A stretch of 45,187 bases of DNA from positions 1 through 45,187 of the forward strand of contig DSDU01000096.1 of the NCBI GenBank assembly GCA_011056835.1, written 5' to 3'. Numbering within the stretch: position 1 is the stretch's first letter; the number at the start of each line of letters is the position of its first letter. Position numbers and translations under genes: made by a program. The stretch is from Deltaproteobacteria bacterium. Lineage in GTDB: Bacteria; Desulfobacterota; Syntrophia; Syntrophales; UBA6807. Positions 21,351 through 30,889 of this stretch are shown here, piece after piece. The notes below the pieces were generated by a model. That model was not told the DNA's origin. It saw only the letters and a list, made by a program, of their open reading frames with translations, and did not search any database.

Positions 21351-22172
21351 TTAACCTCTTCTCTTTACTATATATTTATCGGAATTTTTGTTTTTTCTCG
21401 TTTTATAACCCTTCGTCGGTACACCCCATGGCGTACAGGGATGACGTCCGCCCGAAGACTTTCCTTCGCCTCCACCCATGGGATGATCAATCGGATTCAT
21501 GGCAACTCCGCGCACCTTTGATCGCCTTCCGAGCCATCTCGTTCGTCCAGCCTTGCCGACGCTGATATTCTCATGCTCTATATTCCCGACCTGTCCGATG
21601 GTTGCCCGGCATTCAACATGCACCTTCCGGACTTCCCCCGATGGGAGACGAACCTGCGCATACGATCCTTCCTTCGCCATAAGCTGTGCATACGAACCGG
21701 CGCTTCGTATCAACTGTCCGCCCTTACCGATTTTCAGCTCAATATTATGAATCTGAGATCCCAGTGGTATATTTTTCAACGGCATTGCATTACCCGGCTT
21801 GATATCAGCGCGTTCGCCACTGATAACTGAAGCCCCCACTGTCAACCCCACGGGCCACAAGATATATCGCTTTTCACCATCAGGATAGTGAAGAAGAGCA
21901 ATTCTAGCAGATCGATTCGGATCATATTCGATGGAAGCCACCTTTGCCGGTATATCAGTTTTTTCTCGCTTGAAGTCTATGACTCTGTAACGTCGCTTGT
22001 GACCTCCGCCAATGTGCCTGCTCGTTATTCGCCCTCGATTATTCCGTCCGCCCGATTTCTTCAGTGGTCGCAAAAGACTCTTCTCAGGCTCCATAGACGT
22101 AATTTCATCATACGTCAGATAACTCTGATACCGACGACTTGGTGACGTTGGTTTAAAAAATTTAACAGCCAT
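21351..22172 (-). CDS. rplB: 50S ribosomal protein L2
   Basis: [18 protein letters not shown] and [17 protein letters not shown]. Confidence 0.99.
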   Translation of the reverse strand: MAVKFFKPTSPSRRYQSYLTYDEITSMEPEKSLLRPLKKSGGRNNRGRITSRHIGGGHKRRYRVIDFKREKTDIPAKVASIEYDPNRSARIALLHYPDGEKRYILWPVGLTVGASVISGERADIKPGNAMPLKNIPLGSQIHNIELKIGKGGQLIRSAGSYAQLMAKEGSYAQVRLPSGEVRKVHVECRATIGQVGNIEHENISVGKAGRTRWLGRRSKVRGVAMNPIDHPMGGGEGKSSGGRHPCTPWGVPTKGYKTRKNKNSDKYIVKRRG

Positions 22173-22199
22173 TCCTATCGTGCCCTTCTCTCGTTGCGT

Positions 22200-22487
22200 T
22201 TATACTTGACCAAATATTTCTATTGTATTTCCCGGTGCGAGCGTGATCACTGCCTTTTTCCAGTCTCTCCTCCTACCCATGATTCGCCCAAGACGTTTTT
22301 TCTTTCCTCTTATATTAATCGTCCGCACATCCACGACTTTTACCTTGAAAATCTTCTCAATGGAATTTCGTATGTCGACTTTCGTGGCTTTGCGATCAAC
22401 TTCGAAGAAATATTTATTCTCCTCATCCCTCGCAACAGTCGTCTTCTCAGTTACAATCGGCCGCTTAATGACGGAATACATTTCCAT
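22200..22487 (-). CDS. rplW: 50S ribosomal protein L23
   Basis: PIVTEK and WKKAVITL. Confidence 0.97.
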   Translation of the reverse strand: MEMYSVIKRPIVTEKTTVARDEENKYFFEVDRKATKVDIRNSIEKIFKVKVVDVRTINIRGKKKRLGRIMGRRRDWKKAVITLAPGNTIEIFGQV

Positions 22488-23110
22488 TATGACAACAAAG
22501 CCCTTTCTATCATTTTTACCGATGGTTCCAGAAGAACAAGATTATCATATTTCAAGATGTCATAGACATTGATACCTTCCGAAAGCATCATTTTTACATC
22601 CTTTATATTGCGCGATGATTTTTGAAGCTCCGGGTTCGCCTTGTCAATAACGAACAGAACACTCTTCATGTCAAACCTGTCGAGCACTTCCTTGAATTTC
22701 TTCGTTTTTATCTCTTCCAATTGAAAATCATTAAGGACAAGCATCTTATCCTTCTGAACCTTGAGCGTTAAAGCGGATTTAATTGCCGCTTTTCTTACCT
22801 TTTTTGTTATTTTAAATGAATAATCCCGCGGTTGTGGTCCAAACACGATACCACCGCCCCTCCAGATTGGGGAGCGTATCGTACCAACTCTGGCTCTACC
22901 CGTCCCTTTCTGCCGCCAGGGCTTCTTTCCACCGCCGCTGACATCACTCCTGCCCTTCGTGGACGCTGTCCCCTGCCGTCTCGACGCCAACTGCATACGG
23001 ACAACATCATAAATTAAATGTTCCTTTACGGGCACAGCGAATACGGAATCATCCAGTTCCAGCTCGGACACCTTATTTTTCTCAATATCATAGACGTTTA
23101 CAATGGCCAT
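22487..23110 (-). CDS. rplD: 50S ribosomal protein L4
   Basis: KKPWRQKGTGRAR and GGGIVFGPQPR. Start set at ATG 23110. Confidence 0.98.
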   Translation of the reverse strand: MAIVNVYDIEKNKVSELELDDSVFAVPVKEHLIYDVVRMQLASRRQGTASTKGRSDVSGGGKKPWRQKGTGRARVGTIRSPIWRGGGIVFGPQPRDYSFKITKKVRKAAIKSALTLKVQKDKMLVLNDFQLEEIKTKKFKEVLDRFDMKSVLFVIDKANPELQKSSRNIKDVKMMLSEGINVYDILKYDNLVLLEPSVKMIERALLS

Positions 23111-23128
23111 TTCTCTCACTCAAAACCT

Positions 23129-23761
23129 TTATCTGTATTTCACAGCATTTTTAATAACAACGAAGCCATTTTTCGCACCGGGGACCGCACCCCTGACCAA
23201 TATGATATTCTTATCAGGTTTGATACCGACCACAACGAGGTTCTGCACCGTGTGCCGTTTGCTGCCCATCTGTCCCGGTAATCTTGTTCCCTTAAACACA
23301 CGAGATGGATCAGCACTGGCTCCAATCGATCCGGGAGCCCTGTGAAACATTGACCCGTGAGTCGCTCTGCCGCCATGAAAGCCGTGTCTCTTGATAACCC
23401 CTGCATAGCCCCGACCTTTGGTTGTTCCAACCACATCAATATGATCACCGATTGCGAACATATCAGCCTTCAGTTCCTGTCCCACTTCATACCGATCGGG
23501 CGAATCTGTAAGGAATTCCTTCATATATCGGAAATATCCTTTCCCTGCCTTATCCTGGTGACCCTTGATCGGTTTTGTAACCTTCTTATCCTTTATTCGA
23601 CCGAAACCCATCTGGATGGCATCATATCCATCCCTTTCCTTCGTTTTCTTCTGAATGACAAAGCATGGGCCGGCCTCCAAAACGGTCACAGGAACGGCAT
23701 CACCATCATCCCAGAATATTTGGGTCATACCCAATTTTTTCCCTAATAATCCCTTTTCCAT
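23129..23761 (-). CDS. rplC: 50S ribosomal protein L3
   Basis: GKKLGMTQ, HRAPGSIG and GAVPG. Confidence 0.98.
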   Translation of the reverse strand: MEKGLLGKKLGMTQIFWDDGDAVPVTVLEAGPCFVIQKKTKERDGYDAIQMGFGRIKDKKVTKPIKGHQDKAGKGYFRYMKEFLTDSPDRYEVGQELKADMFAIGDHIDVVGTTKGRGYAGVIKRHGFHGGRATHGSMFHRAPGSIGASADPSRVFKGTRLPGQMGSKRHTVQNLVVVGIKPDKNIILVRGAVPGAKNGFVVIKNAVKYR

Positions 23762-23801
23762 TGTCAGTACAGTCTCTTCTCAATCGGTTTTTATTTTGGA
23801 T

Positions 23802-23841
23802 AAAAAAGAGGAGATGGATCGCAGACAGAAGCCATCTCCCC
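23802..23841 (-). terminator. Intrinsic terminator/attenuator between rpsJ and rplC
   Basis: Minus strand GGGGAGATGG-14 nt-CCATCTCCTC followed by T6. Confidence 0.65.
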
Positions 23842-23855
23842 GGCCCAAATCGTAA

Positions 23856-24164
23856 CTATAACTTGATCTCAACATCGACACCGGCTGAAAGATCGAGTTT
23901 CATTAATGTGTCAACAGTCGCCTGAGTCGGTTCTATTATATCTATAAGTCTCTTATGTGTTCTAATTTCAAACTGCTCTCTCGATTTCTTATCAACATGA
24001 GGTGACCTGTTGACACAAAACTTGTTGATTGTGGTGGGCAGAGGTATCGGCCCCGCAACGCGGGCACCTGTCCGCTTCGCTGTTTCAACAATGTCCTGCG
24101 CGGAACGATCCAACAGCTTGTGATCATATGCCTTCAATCTGATTCTAATCTTCTGATTTTCCAT
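23856..24164 (-). CDS. rpsJ: 30S ribosomal protein S10
   Basis: [17 protein letters not shown] and [13 protein letters not shown]. Confidence 0.99.
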   Translation of the reverse strand: MENQKIRIRLKAYDHKLLDRSAQDIVETAKRTGARVAGPIPLPTTINKFCVNRSPHVDKKSREQFEIRTHKRLIDIIEPTQATVDTLMKLDLSAGVDVEIKL

Positions 24165-24180
24165 AGTTCCCGGTTATCCG

Positions 24181-25374
24181 CTACTCTATAATTTCACTTA
24201 CGACTCCGGCGCCCACCGTTCTGCCGCCTTCACGAATAGCGAACCGCAACTGTTCCTCCATGGCGATAGGAGTAATCAACTCGGCCCGTATCTCGACATT
24301 GTCACCAGGCATAACCATTTCAACGCCCTCCGGCAATGTTGCAACACCCGTAACGTCAGTTGTCCTGAAGTAAAACTGGGGACGATAACCTGAGAAGAAC
24401 GGCGTATGTCGCCCTCCCTCTTCTTTAGTCAACACATACACCTGAGCCTTGAACTTCGTGTGCGGCGTGATTGACCCTGGCTTCGCAACGACCTGCCCTC
24501 TCTCAACTTCATCACGCTTCGTGCCTCTCAGGAGGACGCCTATGTCGTCACCGGCTCTTCCTTCATCGAGAGTCTTACGGAACATTTCAACACCGGTACA
24601 TACCGTCTTGAATGTAGGCCTGATTCCTATTACCTCGACTTCCTCACCGGTTCTGATTATTCCACGATCAACCCGGCCCGTAACAACAGTACCACGGCCC
24701 GAAATACTGAACACATCACCCACTGGCATGAGGAACGGCTTATCGAGATCCCGCGGCGGCTCGGGTATATAATTATCGACTGCGGTCATGAGTTCCCAGA
24801 TGCTCTTAACATCTTCCGAATTTGCGTCATCGCTTTCAAGAGCTTTCAGGGCGGATCCTCGAATAATCGGTATGTCGTCTCCCGGAAAATTATACTCTGT
24901 CAAAAGTTCCCGAACTTCCAACTCGACCAGATCTAGCAATTCCGGATCATCTACCAAATCAACCTTATTCAGATACACCACGATATAGGGAACCTGAACC
25001 TGTCTTGCCAGGAGGATGTGTTCGCGCGTCTGGGGCATAGGACCATCGGACGCGGCCACGACAAGAATCGTACCGTCCATGTGGGCGGCTCCCGATATCA
25101 TATTCTTAATATAGTCGGCATGGCCGGGGCAATCAACATGGGCGTAGTGCCGTTTGTCGGTTTCGTACTCTACGTGGGCTATGTTAATCGTAACGCCTCT
25201 TTCCTTCTCTTCGGGCGCACTGTCAATTGCATCGAACGACATATACTGCGCCAACCCTTTGCTCGAGAGATGTTTCGTAATAGCAGAAGTGAGGGTCGTC
25301 TTACCGTGATCCACATGTCCGATCGTTCCGATATTAAGATGCGGCTTCGTCCTTTCAAATTTCTTCCTAGCCAT
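24181..25374 (-). CDS. tuf: Elongation factor Tu
   Basis: [21 protein letters not shown] and [23 protein letters not shown]; start MARKKF at 25374. Confidence 0.99.
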   Translation of the reverse strand: MARKKFERTKPHLNIGTIGHVDHGKTTLTSAITKHLSSKGLAQYMSFDAIDSAPEEKERGVTINIAHVEYETDKRHYAHVDCPGHADYIKNMISGAAHMDGTILVVAASDGPMPQTREHILLARQVQVPYIVVYLNKVDLVDDPELLDLVELEVRELLTEYNFPGDDIPIIRGSALKALESDDANSEDVKSIWELMTAVDNYIPEPPRDLDKPFLMPVGDVFSISGRGTVVTGRVDRGIIRTGEEVEVIGIRPTFKTVCTGVEMFRKTLDEGRAGDDIGVLLRGTKRDEVERGQVVAKPGSITPHTKFKAQVYVLTKEEGGRHTPFFSGYRPQFYFRTTDVTGVATLPEGVEMVMPGDNVEIRAELITPIAMEEQLRFAIREGGRTVGAGVVSEIIE

Positions 25375-25766
25375 TTTCAATTACCTCCTTTAGTAAAAAA
25401 TGGTTGATTGGTTCGTTCAATTATGTCTTTTAATTTTTTGTTCCAAACGTTCTTCGCGGTTAACTCCCATACCAATGGGCCGTATACAGCATCAAGCTTT
25501 AAGTAATCAAAGTAAACTGCCTTCCTTCCCCTCACCCTGCACCACATTTTTTATATACACGAACATGTAAGCTACTGAAACAGCAAGTTGCACGTGCCTC
25601 CACCGCTTTTAAACCACTGAATCGATTCTGTAAGGAGGGCATGAATAAACCGTCTCCAACAACTCTTTATTTCAATAAGCACAACAGACACAACCCGTCT
25701 CACAAACGGTGCACAGTTCAGCTTTACTCTATCAGTCCATATCGCTGAACCCCATCATCAAGACAG

Positions 25767-26237
25767 CTAGAACCTGTAGTGAGCGAATGCCTTATTAGCC
25801 TCCGCCATTTTGTGTGTATCTTCGCGCTTCTTTACGGCAGATCCTCTGTTATTTGCCGCATCAAGAAACTCCGCCGCCAATTTTTCTCTCATCGTATGCT
25901 CTGAGCGGTTGTTCGCGCTGGCTATGAGCCACCTTATAGCAAGGGCATTTCGCCTTGTAGATGATACTTCCGTAGGTACCTGGTAGGTGGAACCTCCCAC
26001 TCGTCTTGATTTAACTTCCACCACAGGTTTCACATTGTCGAGTGCTCGTTCAAAAACTTGAAGCGGCGAATCCTTGGTTTTTGCTTCTATAATATCAAAG
26101 GCTCCATACATGATCGAATTTGCAACGCTCTTCTTGCCTTTTTTCATTAAATTGTTGATGAACTTCGCCACTTGCGGATTACTGTATTTCGGATCCGGCA
26201 ATACTTCCCTTTTTGCTATTTCCCTTCTTCTCGGCAT
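25767..26237 (-). CDS. rpsG: 30S ribosomal protein S7
   Basis: [17 protein letters not shown] and [13 protein letters not shown]. Confidence 0.99.
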   Translation of the reverse strand: MPRRREIAKREVLPDPKYSNPQVAKFINNLMKKGKKSVANSIMYGAFDIIEAKTKDSPLQVFERALDNVKPVVEVKSRRVGGSTYQVPTEVSSTRRNALAIRWLIASANNRSEHTMREKLAAEFLDAANNRGSAVKKREDTHKMAEANKAFAHYRF

Positions 26238-26253
26238 ATACGAACTTCCTTAC

Positions 26254-26625
26254 TTATGCTGGTTTTTTTGTTCCATATTTTGATCGACCGTGTTTTCTAC
26301 CCTGAACGCCCATCGCATCAAGCGTACCTCGAACGATGTGATACCGTACACCGGGGAGATCCTTGACTCTTCCCCCCCTTACAAGCACGACCGAGTGCTC
26401 CTGAAGATTATGACCGATGCCGGGAATATATGACGTAACCTCATAACCACTTGTGAGACGAACTCTTGCTACCTTTCTCAAGGCTGAATTCGGCTTCTTG
26501 GGTGTCGTCGTGTACACCCTGACACACACGCCTCTTCTTTGCGGACACGCCTTCAGAGCAGGTGTTGCCGTTTTCTTTTGTATTCTTTGTCTCCCTTTTC
26601 GAATCAACTGATTTATCGTGGGCAT
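26254..26625 (-). CDS. rpsL: 30S ribosomal protein S12
   Basis: [17 protein letters not shown] and [10 protein letters not shown]. Confidence 0.99.
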   Translation of the reverse strand: MPTINQLIRKGRQRIQKKTATPALKACPQRRGVCVRVYTTTPKKPNSALRKVARVRLTSGYEVTSYIPGIGHNLQEHSVVLVRGGRVKDLPGVRYHIVRGTLDAMGVQGRKHGRSKYGTKKPA

Positions 26626-26672
26626 TATCCCTCCAAAATTATACGAAAACGAATATCAGAAAAAACTCAAGC

Positions 26673-26701
26673 TAATTATCAATTCACACTTGGTATGTCA
26701 A
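26673..26701 (-). promoter_or_regulatory. Candidate rpsL promoter overlapping the rpoC 3' end
   Basis: TTGACA at 26701-26696 followed by GATAAT/TAATTA. The -10 register is ambiguous. Confidence 0.4.
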
Positions 26702-29700
26702 GGCTTTTCTCACTTATTTCTGTATTTTCAAGCAAAGCGCCATCTTCTTTTGCAGGAATACGAATACCCAATTTCTTATACATGGGAAGACCGGTACCGG
26801 CCGGTATCAGCCTCCCCATGATAACGTTCTCTTTCAAACCTCTAAGGTAATCAATTTTTCCCGCCACCGCCGCTTCGGTAAGCACTCTTGTCGTTTCCTG
26901 GAACGACGCCGCCGAAATAAAACTCGGCGTGCTTAGGGATGCCTTCGTGATACCTAGAAGAACCGGTTCGGCAATTGCAGGTTCACCTCCATCGGCAACG
27001 ACTCTTTCGTTTTCTTCCTGAAACACCACTCTATCAATCTGCTCATCAGTCAGAAAAGTAGTATCACCAGGATCAACGATCTTTACTTTCTTCAACATCT
27101 GACGAACGATAATTTCGATATGCTTGTCGTTGATCTTGACTCCTTGGAGACGATATACTTCCTGAACCTCGTCAACAAGGTATCGGGCCAATTCTTTCTC
27201 CCCTTTGATCGTCAGGATATCATGAGGATTGCTTGCCCCGTCCATGAGAGCCTGTCCTGCAAGAACCCGGTCTCCCTCTTGTACCGTTACATGCTTTCCC
27301 TTGGGAATAAGATACTCCTTTGGTTCCCCAACCTCAGGCAATATGATCAATCGACGCTTTCCCTTGAGATCCTTCCCGTAGGCGATGGAACCATCGATTT
27401 CAGCAATAACGGCATATTCTTTCGGTTTTCTCGCTTCAAAAAGTTCGGCAACCCTGGGAAGACCACCTGTTATGTCCTTTGTCTTCGTGGTTTCTCTCGG
27501 GATCTTTGCGAGAATATCACCGGCCCGCACAGGATCACCTTCCATAACAACAAGATTGGCTCCAACCGACAATAAATGCCTCGCATCCTGATTTGTGCCC
27601 GGTACTTTCGCTGTTTTACCTGATACGTCTTTTATCGACACACGAGGACGCAAGTCAAGCTCCCGGTATTCAACAATTACTTTTCGGGACAAGCCGGTCA
27701 CTTCGTCGACCTGCTCCTGCATGGTTTTTCCCTCTACGATATCACCGAACTTCACCGTTCCGTCAATCTCGGCCAGAATCGGTATTGAGAAAGGATCCCA
27801 CTCGGCCAAGCGTTCACCCACTTTAACTTCTTTTCCTTCCTCAACCTTAAGGTGTGCGCCATAGGGGACTGGATATTTACCGCGGTTTCTCCCCTCTTCA
27901 TCAAAAACGTGGATCTCTCCCTTTCTGCTCATAACAACAAGATCATGTTCATGCCGTTTTGCCACATTGAGGTTGACGAATCTCACGATTCCCTCGTGTC
28001 GTGCTTCAAGGGTGGAATGTTCCTCAAACTTGGCGGTACCACCGATATGGAATGTTCTCATAGTGAGCTGCGTCCCCGGTTCACCGATGGACTGGGCCGC
28101 TATAATACCGACGGCTTCGCCGATATTCACCAGGTGACCGTGGGCAAGATCCCTACCGTAGCAGTTCGCACACACACCGTATTTGGACTTACAGGTAAGA
28201 GTAGATCGTATCAAGACCCTTTCCAAGCCCGCTTTGTCTATCTTCTCCGCGAGGGCCTCATCAACTTCCTGGCCTGCAGAGACCAGCACCTCACCGGTAA
28301 AGGGGTCCTGAATATCTTCAAGAGCAACCCGCCCCAGAATTCGCTCTCCCGCCGTTTCGATCATTTCACCACCTTCAACAAGGGCCGATACGTATATCCC
28401 ATCGAGGGTTCCACAATCTTCCTCAGTAATGATACAGTCCTGCGATACATCAACGAGTCGCCTGGTCAGATATCCCGAGTTCGCCGTTTTCAGAGCCGTA
28501 TCAGCGAGTCCTTTTCGGGCGCCATGAGTAGAAATGAAGTATTGAAGAACCGTCAACCCCTCTCTAAAGTTGGCCGTAATGGGCGTTTCGATAATTTCAC
28601 CGGATGGTTTTGCCATGAGGCCTCTCATACCGGCAAGCTGCCTTATCTGAGCCGCACTTCCTCGGGCACCCGAATCGGCCATCATGTAAATCGGATTAAA
28701 ACTCTCACCGACAACAGCGAGATCCTCGGACTTTTCCATTCCGATATCTCTCAGCATTTCAGCGGCAACTTTCTCTGTTGCCTGAGCCCAGATATCAATA
28801 ACCTTATTATACCGTTCACCATCGGTGATCAATCCATCCATGTACTGTTTCTGGATTTCTTTCACCTCAAGATTTGCCCGGTTTACAATTCCTTCCTTTC
28901 CGGCTGGAATGACCATGTCGTTGATAGAAATGGAGAGTCCCGATTTTGTTGCATACTGAAAACCGAGATCCTTCAGGCGGTCAGCCAGTATGACCGTCGT
29001 TTTCGCACCGCACGTCCGGTAAGTGTAATCTATAAGATTGGCCATCTCCTTCTTGGTGATGACTTTGTTCACTATGTCAAATGAAATTTCGTCGGGAATA
29101 ATTTCATACAGCAACACTCGCCCGACGGTTGTATCAGTCATGTCCCCGTTTAACCGAAGCTTAATCTTCGCATGGAGCGCAACTTCGCCGGCATCAAAGG
29201 CAGAACGAACTTCTTCGGGGTCTGCAAATTTCATCCCTTCTCCCTTTGCGCCATCCCGTGATCTCGTCATATAATAAATTCCGAGAACGATGTCCTGACT
29301 AGGCACAATGATGGGCTTTCCATTAGCGGGCGACAGAATGTTATTCGTCGACATCATCAGAACTCTTGCCTCAACCTGCGCCTCAAGAGAAAGGGGGACG
29401 TGCACAGCCATCTGATCACCATCAAAGTCTGCATTGAATGCCGCACAGACGAGGGGATGAAGCTGTATAGCCTTTCCCTCGATAAGAACGGGTTCAAAAG
29501 CCTGGATACCAAGTCGGTGCAGGGTGGGGGCTCGATTGAGCATGACGGGATATTCCCGGACGACCTCATCAAGGGCGTCCCATACTTCGGGCGACTCTTT
29601 CTCCACCATTTTTTTAGCGCTCTTGACCGTTGTCACATAACCTTTCTCCTCAAGCCGATTGTAGATAAAAGGCTTGAAGAGTTCCAAGGCCATTTTCTTC

Positions 29701-30809
29701 GGTAAGCCGCACTGATGCAATCTGAGATCGGGACCAACGGTGATGACGGATCGTCCCGAATAGTCTACACGCTTGCCAAGCAGATTCTGTCGGAATCTCC
29801 CTTGTTTCCCCTTAAGCATATCCGATAGAGATCGCAAAGGTCTCTTATTTGAGCCGGTAATCGCTTTCCCTCGTCGGCCGTTATCGAAGAGGACATCCAC
29901 CGCCTCTTGAAGCATTCTCTTTTCATTTCTTATGATTATTTCAGGGGCATTGAGTTCCTGGAGACGTTTCAGGCGGTTATTCCGATTTATGACTCGTCGG
30001 TAGAGGTCGTTGAGGTCCGACGTTGCAAAACGACCGCCGTCCAACGGCACCAACGGTCTCAGATCAGGCGGAATCACAGGCAACACCGTAAGAATCATCC
30101 ACTCGGGCCTGTTTCCGGATTTTTTCAATGACTCGACAACCTTCAGCCGCTTGGCCAATTTCTTTTTTTTCGTTTCAGAAGTCGCTTCCTTCAGTTCGCT
30201 GCGAAGAATTGTGTCGAGCTCGAGCAGATCGATCTCCTCAAGCAGTTTTCGGATTGCTCCGGCGCCGATGTCCGCTTCAAACTCATCCTCACCATACAGC
30301 TCCTTGGCTTCCCAATACTGCTCCTCTGACAGGAGATCCTGCTTTTTAAGCGGTGTGTTTTTCGGATCGACGACAATCCAGGATTCGAAATAGAGCACCC
30401 GTTCAAGCTCCTTCAGGGTCAGATCGAGAACATTCCCTATTCGACTCGGCAAGCTTTTCAGGAACCAGATGTGAGCAACCGGTGACGCCAACACAATGTG
30501 TCCCATCCGGTCTCTCCGCACTTTCGACTGAATGACTTCAACTCCGCATTTTTCGCACACGACACCCCGGTGTTTCATTCTCTTGTATCGCCCGCAAAGA
30601 CATTCATAATCTTTGACGGGACCGAAAATTTTAGCGCAGAAAAGCCCATCCCGTTCAGGCTTGAACGTACGATAATTAATCGTTTCGGGCTTCTTCACTT
30701 CACCCCGGGACCATGAAAGAATCCGTTCAGGTGAAGCAAGACTCACCTTGATTGCATTAAATCGTATAGGATCTTTTGGCTTTTCAAAAAAACTGAATAT
30801 ATCTTCCAC
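26679..30809 (-). CDS. rpoC: RNA polymerase beta' subunit
   Basis: KPETINYRT, zinc-finger cysteines, [27 protein letters not shown] and [11 protein letters not shown] start. Confidence 0.99.
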   Translation of the reverse strand: MEDIFSFFEKPKDPIRFNAIKVSLASPERILSWSRGEVKKPETINYRTFKPERDGLFCAKIFGPVKDYECLCGRYKRMKHRGVVCEKCGVEVIQSKVRRDRMGHIVLASPVAHIWFLKSLPSRIGNVLDLTLKELERVLYFESWIVVDPKNTPLKKQDLLSEEQYWEAKELYGEDEFEADIGAGAIRKLLEEIDLLELDTILRSELKEATSETKKKKLAKRLKVVESLKKSGNRPEWMILTVLPVIPPDLRPLVPLDGGRFATSDLNDLYRRVINRNNRLKRLQELNAPEIIIRNEKRMLQEAVDVLFDNGRRGKAITGSNKRPLRSLSDMLKGKQGRFRQNLLGKRVDYSGRSVITVGPDLRLHQCGLPKKMALELFKPFIYNRLEEKGYVTTVKSAKKMVEKESPEVWDALDEVVREYPVMLNRAPTLHRLGIQAFEPVLIEGKAIQLHPLVCAAFNADFDGDQMAVHVPLSLEAQVEARVLMMSTNNILSPANGKPIIVPSQDIVLGIYYMTRSRDGAKGEGMKFADPEEVRSAFDAGEVALHAKIKLRLNGDMTDTTVGRVLLYEIIPDEISFDIVNKVITKKEMANLIDYTYRTCGAKTTVILADRLKDLGFQYATKSGLSISINDMVIPAGKEGIVNRANLEVKEIQKQYMDGLITDGERYNKVIDIWAQATEKVAAEMLRDIGMEKSEDLAVVGESFNPIYMMADSGARGSAAQIRQLAGMRGLMAKPSGEIIETPITANFREGLTVLQYFISTHGARKGLADTALKTANSGYLTRRLVDVSQDCIITEEDCGTLDGIYVSALVEGGEMIETAGERILGRVALEDIQDPFTGEVLVSAGQEVDEALAEKIDKAGLERVLIRSTLTCKSKYGVCANCYGRDLAHGHLVNIGEAVGIIAAQSIGEPGTQLTMRTFHIGGTAKFEEHSTLEARHEGIVRFVNLNVAKRHEHDLVVMSRKGEIHVFDEEGRNRGKYPVPYGAHLKVEEGKEVKVGERLAEWDPFSIPILAEIDGTVKFGDIVEGKTMQEQVDEVTGLSRKVIVEYRELDLRPRVSIKDVSGKTAKVPGTNQDARHLLSVGANLVVMEGDPVRAGDILAKIPRETTKTKDITGGLPRVAELFEARKPKEYAVIAEIDGSIAYGKDLKGKRRLIILPEVGEPKEYLIPKGKHVTVQEGDRVLAGQALMDGASNPHDILTIKGEKELARYLVDEVQEVYRLQGVKINDKHIEIIVRQMLKKVKIVDPGDTTFLTDEQIDRVVFQEENERVVADGGEPAIAEPVLLGITKASLSTPSFISAASFQETTRVLTEAAVAGKIDYLRGLKENVIMGRLIPAGTGLPMYKKLGIRIPAKEDGALLENTEISEKSLDIPSVN

Positions 30810-30889
30810 TGGATCAACTCCCTGTATGGTCTCTATCGTTTATTGTTTATGACTCGGCATCGCAAACAGATTCCATCGAGTATAAAATT

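Noticed and set aside
25631-25748. Plus-strand TAAGGAGG followed by a 35-aa ORF in the rpsG-tuf spacer
   Set aside because: The SD-to-ATG spacing is only 2 nt, and the ORF is antisense to a highly expressed operon.
27852-29084. 410-aa plus-strand ORF
   Set aside because: Lies entirely antisense within rpoC; explained by codon bias.
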